From positions 21,390,001-21,454,000 of the forward strand of contig OZ336883.1 in assembly GCA_965287045.1 (NCBI GenBank): 64,000 nucleotides of DNA, in the 5' to 3' direction. Made by a program: the position numbers and the translations under genes. The stretch comes from Carcharhinus amblyrhynchos (taxonomy: Eukaryota). The notes below the pieces were generated by a model. It ran no database searches. It was not told the origin of the DNA and saw nothing but the letters and a program-made list of their open reading frames with translations. Positions 11,791-24,243 of this stretch are shown one piece after another (the first letter of the stretch is position 1; each line of letters starts with the position of its first letter).

Positions 11791-14700
11791 TCGTGAAATC
11801 AAATAAGTAACAAAGAGGCTTCAGCATTGGTAATGAAAAGAATTGATCTACTGATATACATATACAGACAAACATATAGATTTCACACATGATGTTAGTA
11901 CACTGGATGTTTTTTATATATCATGCTCACAGCCTTGTCTGACACCATTGTTACCAAACTGTCTACGAGGGGCCCTTTACTGCTCCTCAAGTGGTTTTAA
12001 ATGTGGCTTGTTTATTTTTACTTTGGGAATCAGTTCCATGACTCTGCATTGTCAGGAGGAAGAAGGTCTGCAAATCAGGTGACAGGCACGCTTTCGTTTT
12101 CAGTTCTGAGCTGCAGGTTTTGGTTTTAGAAGGGAGTGGACATCAGACTGAAAGCAGTGTCTCTCTCTCTGGTATTCTGGGAAGCAGTTCAAACTGTTTT
12201 GAGCGTATCAACAAAACTGTAGCATTCATCCAAAGGATTCAATTCTACTGAGCATTAATCTGCTTTGTTAAACCTATGAAAAAAGGGTTTTGTCTAAAGG
12301 AAGTTTTTGTTTTGATTGGAACATTAGATATATTTGTTAAGGGCTATGCATTATTGTATTCTGTACTTCTAGATATAAAGGATTTCTAAAAAACCTATCT
12401 TCTTGCCTGTAACCTTTAGTGATCCAAGTGACTCTGCCACAAATTTCTGACATTGTTGATTCAAATCCTGCCATTGGCACTGTATCTCCATTCCATTTTC
12501 CCTGCTTTCAATTTTTTTTGCTTCACATTTTTCTGCATTACAATGCATCTACCTACCCATATCTATCCATCTTGTTAACATGTGGCCTTGTGCAGATTTT
12601 CACTATTTGCTACGTCTTCCACTTTTGGTGTCATTGGCTACTTGGATTTACTCTCCCAATTTCTGCCCGGATCATTTGGAATCATAGAATCCCTTCACTG
12701 CAGAAGAGGCCTTTCGGCCATGAACCCGCACTGACAACAATCCCACCCAAGCCCTATCCCCTTAACCCCACGTAGTTACAGGGCAATTTACCATGGCCAA
12801 TCCACCTAACCCACACATCTTGGGAGAATATTTTATACAGAATGAATGTGCAAAACCCCAATTGAGATCCATATTTCTTAAGCATTTTAAAAAAAAAACA
12901 TTTATTACAAGCCATAGGTTTCTCATCCTCAAAATTCTATATTACCACTGAGTTATAAATAACAGAAAAAAGTCAAAATACCAGATTGTCTGGCAATGCA
13001 ATGTTAAATTTTCTTGCCACTATGCACCCTCCAATTTCTCACCACTATGCACCCCCAAATTCCTCATGTTTATCATTCAATTTCCCTGCCAACTTCTACA
13101 ATACCAATGCAGACCCCCACTCCCAACTCTAACCCTGCAGCTTTTTTCTTCTGATTGTCACCACTTTCATGCATTCATTTAGAAATTGGCTCATCCAATC
13201 TGCGTTAGTACTTATCCTTCACATATGCAGCAATTCTAATCCTACCTTGTTGACAAATTCTTTTCTCTCTCTTTCCTTCAATCATCTTAAATGTCTCATT
13301 TCTGCAAACTGCAATGCTGGTGGTGGATTTTCGGTCAGTTCCCCCAAATCTTGAACAAGTTGTCAGAAGTAGTGGGAGAGGCGAGTACAATTTTAAAAAG
13401 CATTTAACAGTTATATGGGTAAGATTGATATAGAGGGATATGGGCCAAACGTGGGCAATTAGGGCTAGCTCAATGGTTAAAAGCTCGATAGCATAAACAA
13501 GTTGGGCTGAAGGGCCTGTTCTCATTCTGTAGACCTCTATGACTCTGTACAGTTCTGACATTTAATTAATCTATTCCCCTTCCGTGTGGATTACTCAATC
13601 ACTGGAAATAGTCCGTACCTTTCTAATTTGAACTACCCCTTCACTGTTTTAACTTTTGCATCAAAATACTCTGCAATCCCCTCTGTTTGAATAAATCAGT
13701 TGCAATTATCATGTTTTACTTTATACTTCTACTTCCTGAGACCAAGCAGCTTTCAAGTGAATCTGTACACATTTTCCACACAGAAGCACACAATTCTCCA
13801 ATTGTGATTGTTGCCAAGGTTGTTATACATCTCACTTGTCAGAAAATCAAATATTCTGTTAGATGTTTAGTGTTATCCAACAGAGAAGCTGCGTTTAACT
13901 GAAACCCACCCACACAAATCTTTCTAATGTTCCACATCTCAATCTGCCCCCAAATGAAATGTGCCACCCGCAAATTCCATCTGCCATTGTTTTGTAGCTC
14001 TGCCATGTTAGCAATTTCCCCCTGCAGTGTTCGTTGGTCCTCAGATTTATATGCCTTCTAATTTGGACTCCAGATCTTTAAGGTATCCTTGATCTTTAAC
14101 ATCACATCCGCTGCCTGTCCCCATTAGTATTGTGAACACAAAAGAACTGTTTGTCAAGCACAATTTTCCTTTTTGAGATCCATGCTGGGTCCGAATTTTT
14201 TTTCCTCTTTTTTAAAAATTTTGAAAAATGGCACACTTCTGGTATTTCTTTTGTCTTTTCCCTATCGCCTTCCCTTTTATACTTGTCCTGATCATTCCAC
14301 GCAACCTCTTGATTTCAGTCTCATTAACAAGTATCCAAGACTTTTAACCCTGCAAATGAGTTACACCTCCCAATTTGACTACTGAATACATAATACCCTT
14401 CTTCCGGAGTAGTTTTCTTACAATATTGTATTCCTTTCTCCAGCAGAGACTAAGAATGGGACTTTGTGGTTGACAAACAATTACATCACCAGCAACTTTG
14501 GTTTTATGAAGCAGGTTGATGTTCAAAGCAAAAGCATTCCAAATCCCAGGAAGGAAACTTGGAATGCCTTTTCTTCACTATTTGTTTTTACAATTCAGAA
14601 AAAATGAGAAAATAGATGAAAGCTGGTACAGAAACATCTTGCTGTAAATTATTCAAATAATAAAACATTTTACAAACTAAGGAACAACATTTACAATTAA

Positions 14701-14947
14701 CAGTAATAATGGTTATTCAAAGAATATACTTAAATTACCCCCAATCTAAATTTATCTATTTTCCTAAACTCTGAGAATACACCTTCCCCAAAACAACATC
14801 CTATAGGTTCTAACACTGAGTCAAATCGAGCAACAACTACCAAACAGGACCTGTAGCTTTTTTTTTGAGGTTTTTCTTCTAATTTTGCGTATATAGCATC
14901 TGACACAGGCTGTTTTCTTTTTGATACAACAGCTTGCTTCCCTGAGA

Positions 14948-15156
14948 GTAAGAAGTCTCACAATAACGGTTAAAATCCAACAGGTTTATTTGGAATCATG
15001 AGCTTTCGGAGCACTGCTCCATCAAGTGAATCATGAGCTTTCACAGCAGCGCACCAAAAGCTCATGATTACAAATAAACCTGTTGGATTTTAATCTGGTG
15101 CTGTGAGACTTCTTACCGCGCCCACCCCAGTCCAATGCTGACATCTCCACATTATG
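14948..15156. mobile_element. Palindromic repeat family P1 (Penelope-like terminus, decayed hammerhead motif)
   Basis: Inverted arms GTAAGAAGTCTCAC...GTTTATTTG..ATCATGAGCTTTCGGAGC / AAAGCTCATGAT..CAAATAAACC...GTGAGACTTCTTAC. Confidence 0.75.
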
Positions 15157-15589
15157 GCTGCCAAGAGAGAATTCTGCTTTGCAACTGGATGTGACTACAA
15201 GACTGCACGTCTCCACTCTGCTTAACCAAGCATCGGTTTAACCCTGCTACTCGGCTAATCTGCATCTCAAGTGCTCACTATGGCAAAATCCCTATCAGTT
15301 TCTTTTTTTAATCCAGTTCTTTACTTATTATTTCATTCCAACTTCCTAACAGCTATGAGTTTTTAAATCAGTTTGTACACCAAGTCCCATTGAATCACAT
15401 GGATCAATTTGAGGGACGAATAAGAATTCTACGGTTAACAACTCTCACAGTGTGAGTTATTGGGAATCCTGCCCCATACTGGTTGCTTTTTCCAAGAACA
15501 TGATACAAATTTGACCTGGATCTTCTTGTGTACAGCTGAAAAGGTTTTCATTTTAATCTTGGCAAAAAGGAATAACAAACGTTTATGAA

Positions 15590-15885
15590 TGGGTAGCACA
15601 GTGCCTAGCAATGCCTCCTCACAGCACCAGGGAATCGGGTTCAATTCCAGCCTCGAATGACTTGTGTGGAGTTTGCACATTCTCCCCATGTCTGCATGGG
15701 TTTCCTCCCACCGTCCAAAGATGTGCAAAATTAGGTGGATTGGCCATGGTAAAATCGCCCCTTTAGATGAATTAATGATGGTAAATGTTGTGGGATTACA
15801 GGGCCTGGGTAAGATACTCTGCCTGCGAGCTGGTGCAGACGGGATGGGCCAAATGGCCTTCCTCCGCACTGTAGGGATTCCATTA
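15590..15885 (+). mobile_element. HE1-like SINE, tail type A (CR1/HER1-like tail)
   Basis: Head and core plus GGTGCAGAC..GATGGGCCAAATGGCCT..CTGTAGGGATTC. Confidence 0.85.
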
Positions 15886-15999
15886 TCATTCTGATAATCA
15901 AAGAAGCAAATCACATGGCAACTGTGGACTGGGAGTTTTACTGTGAACCGGTGTGTATTCATTCGAACAACTTTTCGGAAAGGGGTTATTAATGAACGA

Positions 16000-16560
16000 C
16001 GGCAGTGCAGCGGGGGTAGATCCTGGGGTGGGGGGGGTGTCTAATTCCCCCACCTCCATCACCGCCTATCGTAGCTTTAAATCCAGTTCCTCAACACTGA
16101 GACTCTGAAACATACCGAGTTTAAATAGTGGAGGCAGCAGCCCAGCGGGCCGGCCTGGTCTCCCTCTCTCCCACTCTCTCTCCTCACACCACCACCACCA
16201 GCCCCGCACCGGCTCCCGCTCCCCCGGCCGCCATCTTTCCCTCTGCGTCACCGGGTCAGAGGTGACCGGACTCCACCATCTGTCTCCCGCCCCTCCCGCC
16301 GGAGAGAGTGGACTCACCCGCCCGGTTGCTGAGGGAGAGCCTGAGGCACAGGCCGCGAGAGACAGGTAAGCACTCACTGTGGGCTCGGGGCTTAGGGCCT
16401 TTGCTGCTGTGGGCCCTCCCGGCTGAATGAGGCCCCTCCCCAGGCCTCTGAACCTGCCCTTGTTCTCCCTGGTCTCTGCCCAGGTTTAAGCCAGGGATCC
16501 GGTGTCCTTGTCACACCTTCCCTGACCTAACCGGACTCGGTAAAGGTCAGTGGCCTGGGA
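16000..16560. promoter_or_regulatory. CpG island / bidirectional promoter for CPSF2 (-) and NDUFB1 (+), containing the candidate non-coding first exons
   Basis: GC/CpG-rich island between divergently oriented genes. YY1-type AAGATGGCGG on - at 16228-16237, + strand donor CAG|gtaagc at 16366, - strand donor candidates at 16317, 16187 and 16115. The same head-to-head arrangement is known in human. Confidence 0.75.
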
Positions 16561-16665
16561 GACAGCTTTCCCCCAAGCACACCATGGATGATTCTTTTTA
16601 AGTTTGATTTATTATTGTCACACGTATAGTGAAAAGTATTGCACGCTATACAGACAAAGCATACC

Positions 16666-17150
16666 AAAGGTATGTAGGTTAGGTGGACTGGCTATGCTAA
16701 ATTGCCTTTAGTGTCAGGAAGATGAGCAGGATAAATATGGGGGGTTACAGGGATAGCACCTGGATGGGATTGTTGTTGGTGCAGACTCAATGGGCCGAAT
16801 GGTCTCCTTCTGCATTGTAGGGATTCTATGATACTGTTATGGAGTGCACGGTGGCACAGTGTCTAGTACTACTGCCTCACAGCTCCAGGGACCTGGGTTC
16901 GATTCCTGGCTTGAGTCTCTTTCTGTGTGAAGTTGCACATTCTCCCCATGTCTGCATGGGTTTCCTCAAGGTGCTCCAGTTTCCTCCCACAGTCCGAATG
17001 ACATATTGATTAGGAATCCCTACAGCATTGGACGTGCTCAGTTCTCCCTCAGTGTACCCAAGCAGGTGCCGAAGTGTGGCAACTAGGGGATTTTCACAGT
17101 AACTTCATTGCAGTGTTAATGTAAATGTACTTCTGATGCTAATGAATAAA
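16666..17150 (+). mobile_element. Tandem SINEs: tail-A 3' half (16666-16832) followed by a full tail-B copy (16845-17150)
   Basis: Motifs as above. Confidence 0.85.
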
Positions 17151-17830
17151 CTCAAAAAAATAGGGAAAGGAGAGGGTGCAAAATATAGTGTTGCCATTGT
17201 AGTTAGAGTGTATAGGAAGATCAACTTAATGGTTAATGATGAACACAGAATTTTAAAATGTGCAGTCAACACGTAAATGAAGAACATAGAGAAGGTCATG
17301 AAGGTTATACTGAAATTATACTAGTTAGACCTTAGCTGGAATATTGTGTACAGTTCTGGCCACCACACTGTAGGAAGCATGTGAATGCACTGGAGAGAGG
17401 GTAGAAGAAATTCACAAGAATGAACCTCTTCAGTTCTGAGGATAGATTGGAGAGGTTGTTCTCCTTGGAGAGAAGGATGCTAAGGGGAGATTTGATAAAG
17501 ATGTTCAAAATCATGAGGTGGCTGCACAGCATAGATGTTGAGAAACTGTTCCTGCTTGTAAAAGGTTCATGAACAAGACGACACAGATTTAAAGTGATTT
17601 TCAAAACTAGCAAATGTGATGTGAGAAAAAAAGTGGTTCAGGTCTGGAATGCACTGCCTGGAAGTGTGGTGGAAGCAGTTCAATTAAGGCATTCAAGATG
17701 GCATTAGATTGTTTCTATTCAAGTATCATGTACAGAGTATGAGTAAAAAACAGAGAGTGCCACCAAGCCACAATGCTCATTTGACGAGTGGGTGCAGACT
17801 CCTTCCGTGTGGTAACAATTCTGTGACATG
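17150..17830 (+). mobile_element. Decayed CR1-like LINE ORF2 3' fragment
   Basis: ctggaatattgtgtacagttctgg (LEYCVQFW), aggggagatttgata (RGDL) and tggaatgcactgcctg (WNALP) motifs, with frameshifts. Confidence 0.8.
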
Positions 17831-19348
17831 AGGAATATGACTGATAGCACACAAGCTCAAGAATTAGGCAGATAAATATTGGATGAATTTAATGTGGAGA
17901 AATGGGAACTGATATATTTCAGGAGGAACATTAGAGGAAATATACAACAAATCATTAATATTTGGACGTAGAAGACCAAAAAGAGTTTGGGGGGGGATAC
18001 CTCCTATCAGTCTTTAAAAATTATTGGACAAAATTGATACTGCTGTTCTTCAATAAAAAAAATGGGATCCTTTGATAGACTCAACTGTCTACATCTCTCC
18101 ACAATGAAATATATCCCTTTACCAGTGATTTCTGTGTAAAGATGATAATAGGTAGGAATTAAAATTCTGTCCCCTTTGCAAACACATCAACCTAATAATC
18201 AATGTTTATCTCTTTGAGTGTGATAGGCCTTTTCCATTATTGTTGAATTTTGAATGTTGGCACAGTTTGTTCCTCAGCTGCTAACCTTGAAAATAAGTTC
18301 CACATTTTTGAGAAGAAATTTCCTGTGTCCTCTCATTGTCTAGCCAATATTTATTATTCATCCAATGTCAGTGAAAATAAGATTACCTGACCATTATCTC
18401 ACTGCATTACTTGGGCCCTTGATCCATACTAATTGGTTGCTGCGATGCCAAAAATGCAACAATGACTATATTTAGGGACTTTGTTGGCAGTAAAATGCTT
18501 TGTGGCCTTCTCAGATTATGAAAGGCTCTATATAAATGCAAATTCTATACTTAAATATATTCTCTTTAATCTTACAGTATGTCTCCCTGTGCTGAATTCC
18601 TTAAAACTATTGAAGTAATTTGTATTTCATTTCTTGTAAAAAGACCTGGTATGATGGACCATGTGGCCTTTTTTTCTATCCATACTTAGGGGACCAGAGG
18701 CTCGCAGCGCAAAGGAGAAACAGATATCTCAATGGGACTACTGCAAAACTCCCTGAAATTATTTTCTCATTTCAGATTTTTTGATTACCTTAGGTTTGAG
18801 GATCTTATGGATTCTGTATTTCAGTTTTTCTATTGTATCCCTAGTAGTAAATTTGAGCTGTAATTGAATGGCCTTTTAGCTTTGACTTCTGTTCAAAAGT
18901 TTTACTTTTAAATGGTGGCATTTATTTCCTGTTTTAATTTTGAAAATCAGGTTTTATATTGGAGCGTATTTATTGGAACAAGCTAAATATTTAGCGCAAT
19001 GGCTAAGCTATCACAATGCTAATATTTTACTGTTGAAGTTACTTGTAGTTCATTTTCTGTTATTTTATACTATGTTGGCCATCTAATGTATGATTGGTTG
19101 CACAGATAGTACAAGTACAAACTATTATGTGTTAATTATGTAATTGTAATATTTCCAGCAACATCATTCTCTCCAGTTGAAATATATAACTGCCAAATCA
19201 CATCAAGTGGCCAAAGTTCCTAAAGATTAATGTTTGAGTTTACATTGTGGCAAGAGGTGTGTAGTAGCCATTAAAAATCTTCAGATGAGAAAACCAAGAA
19301 GTTCTTCTAAAATTCCTTTTGTAACTGGTCCCCACCAAAGAACAGCTT

Positions 19349-19664
19349 AAGAATCGTAGAATCCTACAGTGAAGAAGGAGGCCATTTGGTCCATTGAGTC
19401 TGCACCGACCACAATCCCACCCCGGCCCCATTCCCATAACCCCATGCACTTCCCCTAGCCTTTCACTCTGACACTAAGGGACAACATAGCATGGCCAATC
19501 CACCTAAATTGCACATCTTTGGACTGAGAAGAAACTGGAGTACCCAGAGGGAACGCACGAAGACACGGGGAGAATGTGCAAATTCCACACAGACAGTGAC
19601 CCAAGCTGGGAATCGAGCCTGCTGTGAGGCATCAGTGCTAACTATTCTGCCACCATGCTGCCCC
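19349..19664 (-). mobile_element. HE1-like SINE, tail type A
   Basis: Reverse of the full element. Confidence 0.85.
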
Positions 19665-20197
19665 TATAACTAGTCATTCATCTCACTGGTGTAGGTGAAT
19701 TATTTCTAAAGGGAAAATGATTTTCACAGTTGCCTTTCGTAGTCATTAATTTGTGTTTGACATTGAGATATTTTTGACAGAAATTATAGTGATGTGAAGT
19801 CATTCATTTGATTTAGTAATAATGAGTTACAAACTGCAAAACAGTAAAGAAATAATCCAGTTCTAAGGATGTGATTTACTTAAGTGCATTGTTTTAATTC
19901 AGATTGCCATCTTTGTTCAGTCATTTTCTGCATTAATTGCGAATGAAGCGAAAGAGTACCAGCTTCATGCAGTTTCTTGTAACTAACAAACCAATGCACA
20001 GCTAGGATCCCTTTGACATCTCTTTACTTGGAGTAAAAAAACCATAGATATAATTTTGAAACCAATTTTTCAAAACCTTCAAATGGCCAAAGTAATGAGT
20101 AACTGTCTATATAGATAGGAATCCAGCAGCTTTTCTTTGGGAATTTATGCATTAAACAGCTTTTTTTTGTTTGTTTTTCTTTCTTCCTCTCAGCACA

Positions 20198-20334
20198 ATG
20201 AATCTGGTTGGCATTGTACGTGATCATTGGCCCAATATCCTTGTCCCTCTGGGTTTTGTACTGGGATATTATCTTGATAAAAGAAATGATAGCAAACTTA
20301 CTGCATTCAGAAACAAAAGTTTATTGTATAAACG
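20198..20334 (+). CDS. NDUFB1: NDUFB1 (complex I subunit MNLL) coding exon 1, [45 protein letters not shown](R)
   Basis: Strong polypyrimidine acceptor (cag 20191-20193), ATG at 20198, donor CG|gtgagt. Closely resembles vertebrate NDUFB1 (VRDHW...LVP.GFV.G.YLD...LTAFRNKS). Syntenic position between CPSF2 and ATXN3. Confidence 0.95.
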
Positions 20335-21088
20335 GTGAGTATGAGATTTCCATATTGCCTTTTTTATAGACTAATTTGTGCGGCTGCAAATGCCTGATAA
20401 TTTTATTATTTTAATGCACAGCTGCATTAAAATAATAATGAATATCATTCATTGAGCGATTGAAAAGTTCAACAACATAAGTATTTTTGTTACTCTAAAC
20501 ATAGAAAATTTTTCAGCACCGCATTATTAACTACAATCTTGTTATTTATGGCTGGCTTAACCTGCTCTTGCATATAATAATGTGCGCTTGAGGGAAAGAT
20601 GGGCCAATTGTTTAGACTTTAACTAAATTATTTTGTCCAGTTCTGGGCACTAAGCTTTACAAAGATTCTTTAGAAAGATATTGGAGAAGGCTGCAGAGAA
20701 AATGTACCTGAATAGTACCATGGATTAGAATATTTAGTGATATGAAAAACAATGGAGAAACTGAGATTTATCTTCTTGAAGCAAGCAAGGCTATCGGGAT
20801 GGTCAATTCTAGAAGACACAAATTTAAGATAATTGGTGAAAAGGACGGAGGGTAATAAGAATTTTTTTTATCGTCATGATCTGGAATGCATTGTCTGAAA
20901 GGGTGGTGGAAACAGATTTAATAGTTGCTTTCAATAGTGGCTTTTTACTTAAAAATGGAAGAAATGTATGGCAGTGGAGAAAGAACAAAGGAGAGGGGTT
21001 AGAAAGTGAATTATGTGATACTAAAATGTTATATTTATTTAGCTGGTCATACTGTTTTATATTTTAATTAATTGCCTCATCTGTTTAG

Positions 21089-21125
21089 AGAATTGAAACC
21101 AGGTGAAGAAGCGACATGGAAGTGA
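21089..21125 (+). CDS. NDUFB1: NDUFB1 last coding exon, ELKPGEEATWK*
   Basis: tttag acceptor, phase 2, completing a 57-aa protein that ends in the conserved TWK. Candidate polyA signals ATTAAA at 21264 and AATAAA at 21444. Confidence 0.94.
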
Positions 21126-21815
21126 AGAGCTGAAAGCCGTGCTGAGAAAACAAGGAATTGTTTTGGCACTTCAAAAAAAAGTCCAATGTCAGTTTTAGTT
21201 TTGATTTTGAGTTTTCAATTAGGGATCCAGTGAAAGTTTATTTAAATAATGCCATTTTGCTCTATTAAATGTTGATCCATCACAAAATCTGCTTATCTTC
21301 ATGTAGCAAATAATTGGTTTAAAGTCCTAAAATTTGCCAAGGTTTCCCTCTTTGTATCATTGGAACATAACATTTAAAACGCGTGGCAAATAGTTCAGTC
21401 TATTTGCATTAACTTGGATGTACACAAATTGTATGTCAGACTTAATAAACCTTGCATTGTATTTAACTTTGAATCTTTGCTTTCAGCTTTTAAATTTAAA
21501 TATGTAACATGTTAAATGACTAATGGTAGGACATGGATTTATACAGAAACACTTCATAAAATTGTAGTAGTGTGCACTGAATCTTGATATAGAAATGGCT
21601 AAACACAAATAGGCCTCCTTAAGAAATCTAGTTAGAAACAATGCAGTTGAGCTGGAAATGATAAATGGTCAGATGCAATTAGCCAGTTAACTAACTCTTT
21701 CGAGACATGTGCATCCCACTTGGTGCTGAGATGTGCCTTGCTAATATTCTATTGCTGTGCCTGACAGTGTCTTCATCACCAATAAAGTGGAATAAACTTA
21801 AGTAGGGTCATACTT

Positions 21816-22131
21816 AGGACTAGGGGGCACAGCCTCAAGATAAAGGGGGGGCGGTTCAGAACGGAGTTGAGGAGGAACTTCTTCACTCAAAGGGTGGTGA
21901 ATCTCTGGAATTCTCTGCCCGTTGAAGTGGTGGAGGCTGCCTCGCTAAATATTTTTAAGAAGCGGGTTGATGGGTTTTTGATAAGAGAGGGGATTAAGGG
22001 TTATGGGGAGAGGGCGGGAAAGTGGAACTGAGCCACGACAGATCAGCCATGATCTTATTGAATGGCGGGGCAGGCTCGAAGGGCCAGATGGCCTACTCCT
22101 GCTCCTATTTCTTATGTTCTTATGTTCTTAT
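21816..22131 (+). mobile_element. Second, shorter copy of the same young CR1-like LINE 3' end
   Basis: Nearly identical to 11467-11780 (about 8 differences by eye), same TTCTTATG tail. Confidence 0.92.
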
Positions 22132-23492
22132 ACTCTGGGTTCCTGGCTTGTAAATGCTAGCTGTATCTGTGGTGGGTGGGAAGCAGCTGTGCAACATTGT
22201 AGCTTTTTTCACCTGTGACAGTGGCCTGAGGCTGAAGGCAGAAATCCTGGCAAGTGTTGCTGTCCTGCAAATCAACAGAATCAGGCACTTGGACTTGCTT
22301 TCAACTTGGGCCTGGTAATTACTGCCTCAGTGCCAGCTACATGGATGCTCAGATGGCAGCTGCCAAATCCCAGAAGTCTCATTCATCAGACACAGGAAAC
22401 TTGATTCAAGGTAAGGTCTTTTAAGAGACTTTTGGATAAGTATATGGGACTTAGTAAGATAGAGGGTTATAGGTAAACCTAGTAGGTAGGGACATGTTCG
22501 GCGCAGCTTGTGGGCCAAAGGCCTGTTTGTGCTGTCGTTTTTCTATGTTCTATATCTTCTAATCCATTTAATTCCCCCCTACCTCCCAGCCTGGCACCAT
22601 TCCAGACCAGCCTTTTCCCATTCTAATTATCTTGTCCTCTGTGCCCCTATAACCTCCACTCCATTGCTCATGCATAAAGCCTCCCCATGACAATATCAGT
22701 ATTATCTGATTCCATCACTCCATTTGACAGCTGTATACAAAGTCCTCCTAAGTGATTTACGTATCTAATAGCTATAATATTTATGCCCCCTTTTGAAAAG
22801 ATGAGGTCCGAGCAGATCCCTTAATTGGGAAGATGTTGGGGGGGGAGGAGCAGCAGTTGGGAGCGATCAGATGGTTGAGAGTGATAGAATGGAGCAGGGT
22901 AGAAATGGAAAATAAATAGAGGGCAAGATTAGCAGGGTAGAATTATAGCCACATCCTAACAATTTGAAACATTACTATTATCTCTACTCATGTCTTCTAC
23001 TTGCTAATCTATAGTGCCTGAGCTATGAGTATATCCAGCATATTCTTTTTACAGATTTGCATGCAACATCTGCAGTCTTTTGCTTTGGGATAAAAATCTG
23101 GGAGTTCCCTTCCTATAACAACATTGTGGGTGCACTTGCACCACAGGAACTAGCAATTTAAGAAGGCAACCCACTGGTCATGATCTCACTGAATGGTGAA
23201 GCACACTCAGTGGGCTGCATGGCCTATTTCTGCTCCAGAATGTGGCTATACTTCTACTCCATCTCTTCTCATCTTATCCCTCCAATTCGCTTATCTTCCT
23301 ATTTTTACCCCTCCTTCACCATCTGATTTCAACCTCTTATGGTCACCACCACCTTCTCAAGGGGCAATTACAGTAGGCAATAAATGCTGGAATACCAGCA
23401 TTCCATGAATGAAAGAAAAATCCATGCTTGCAAACGGAGAACTTATTGTGAACATTCCTGCCTTGGCAAAAGAACTGGAGGAATTGGCCGGC

Positions 23493-23513
23493 GGGGGGGG
23501 GGGGGGGGGGGGG
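23493..23513 (+). repeat. G21 homopolymer
   Basis: 21 consecutive G. Confidence 0.95.
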
Positions 23514-23601
23514 TGGACGGAGAATAGTCAATGTAAACTCTGACATCATTGTGGTGATGATGTTAACAGGATTGAAGAAATTCCAGACCCACATAAATAT
23601 G

Positions 23602-24243
23602 ATGGCACAGTTGCAAAGTGGTTAGCACTGCTGCCTTACTGCACCAGTGACACGGATTCAATTCCCAGCTTGGGTCACTCCTTTCTATAGAGTCTGTACA
23701 TTCTCACACTGTTTGTGTAGGTTTCCTCTGGGTGCCTGAGCAGTGTCTATCTCGTGTGTGATGGGACACCAAGCAGGATATTACTGTGGAGCCACAGCTC
23801 AGGAACCTGCCTGCCATCCTGAATAGGATCGCAGACACATAGGTGGCCAATTAGCGAGACAAGACACCCATTTCTGCGTGTGTTTCCTCCAGGTGCTCCT
23901 CTCACACATTCTGAAAGACGTGCTGGTGAGATGCATTGGTGTAGAGATGCCGGCATTGGACTGGAGTAAATACAGTAAGAAGTCTCATGACACCAGGTTA
24001 AAGTCCAAAAGTTTATTTGGTAGCAAACGCTACTAGCTTTCGGGGCTCTGCATCTTTGTCAGGCAGAGCCCCAAAAGCTAGTGGCTTGTGCTACCAAATA
24101 AACCTGTTGGACTTTAACCTGGTGTTGTGAGACTTCTCATGAGGTGCATTAGGCCATGCTAAATTCTCCCTCAGCATACCTGAACAGGAGCCAGAGTGTG
24201 GCCACGAGGGGATTTGCACAGTAACTTCATTGCAGTGTTAATG
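23602..24243 (+). mobile_element. Tail-B SINE carrying two nested insertions
   Basis: SINE segments at 23602-23735, 23873-23937 and 24140-24243, separated by inserts with flanking duplications. Confidence 0.8.
23938..24139. mobile_element. Palindromic repeat family P1, variant subfamily, with target-site duplication
   Basis: Same inverted arms, flanked by TGAGATGCATT (23927-23937) and TGAGGTGCATT (24140-24150). Confidence 0.8.

Noticed and set aside
11930-12400. Possible solo-LTR-like segment
   Set aside because: I could not define TG...CA ends, a TSD or a second copy.
13017-13065. Imperfect 25-bp tandem duplication (CCACTATGCACCC...)
   Set aside because: Two copies only, consistent with ordinary slippage.
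14948-15116. Long hairpins as pre-miRNA or CRISPR-like repeats
   Set aside because: They are dispersed multi-copy repeat arms, one with a target-site duplication, and there is no repeat-spacer array.
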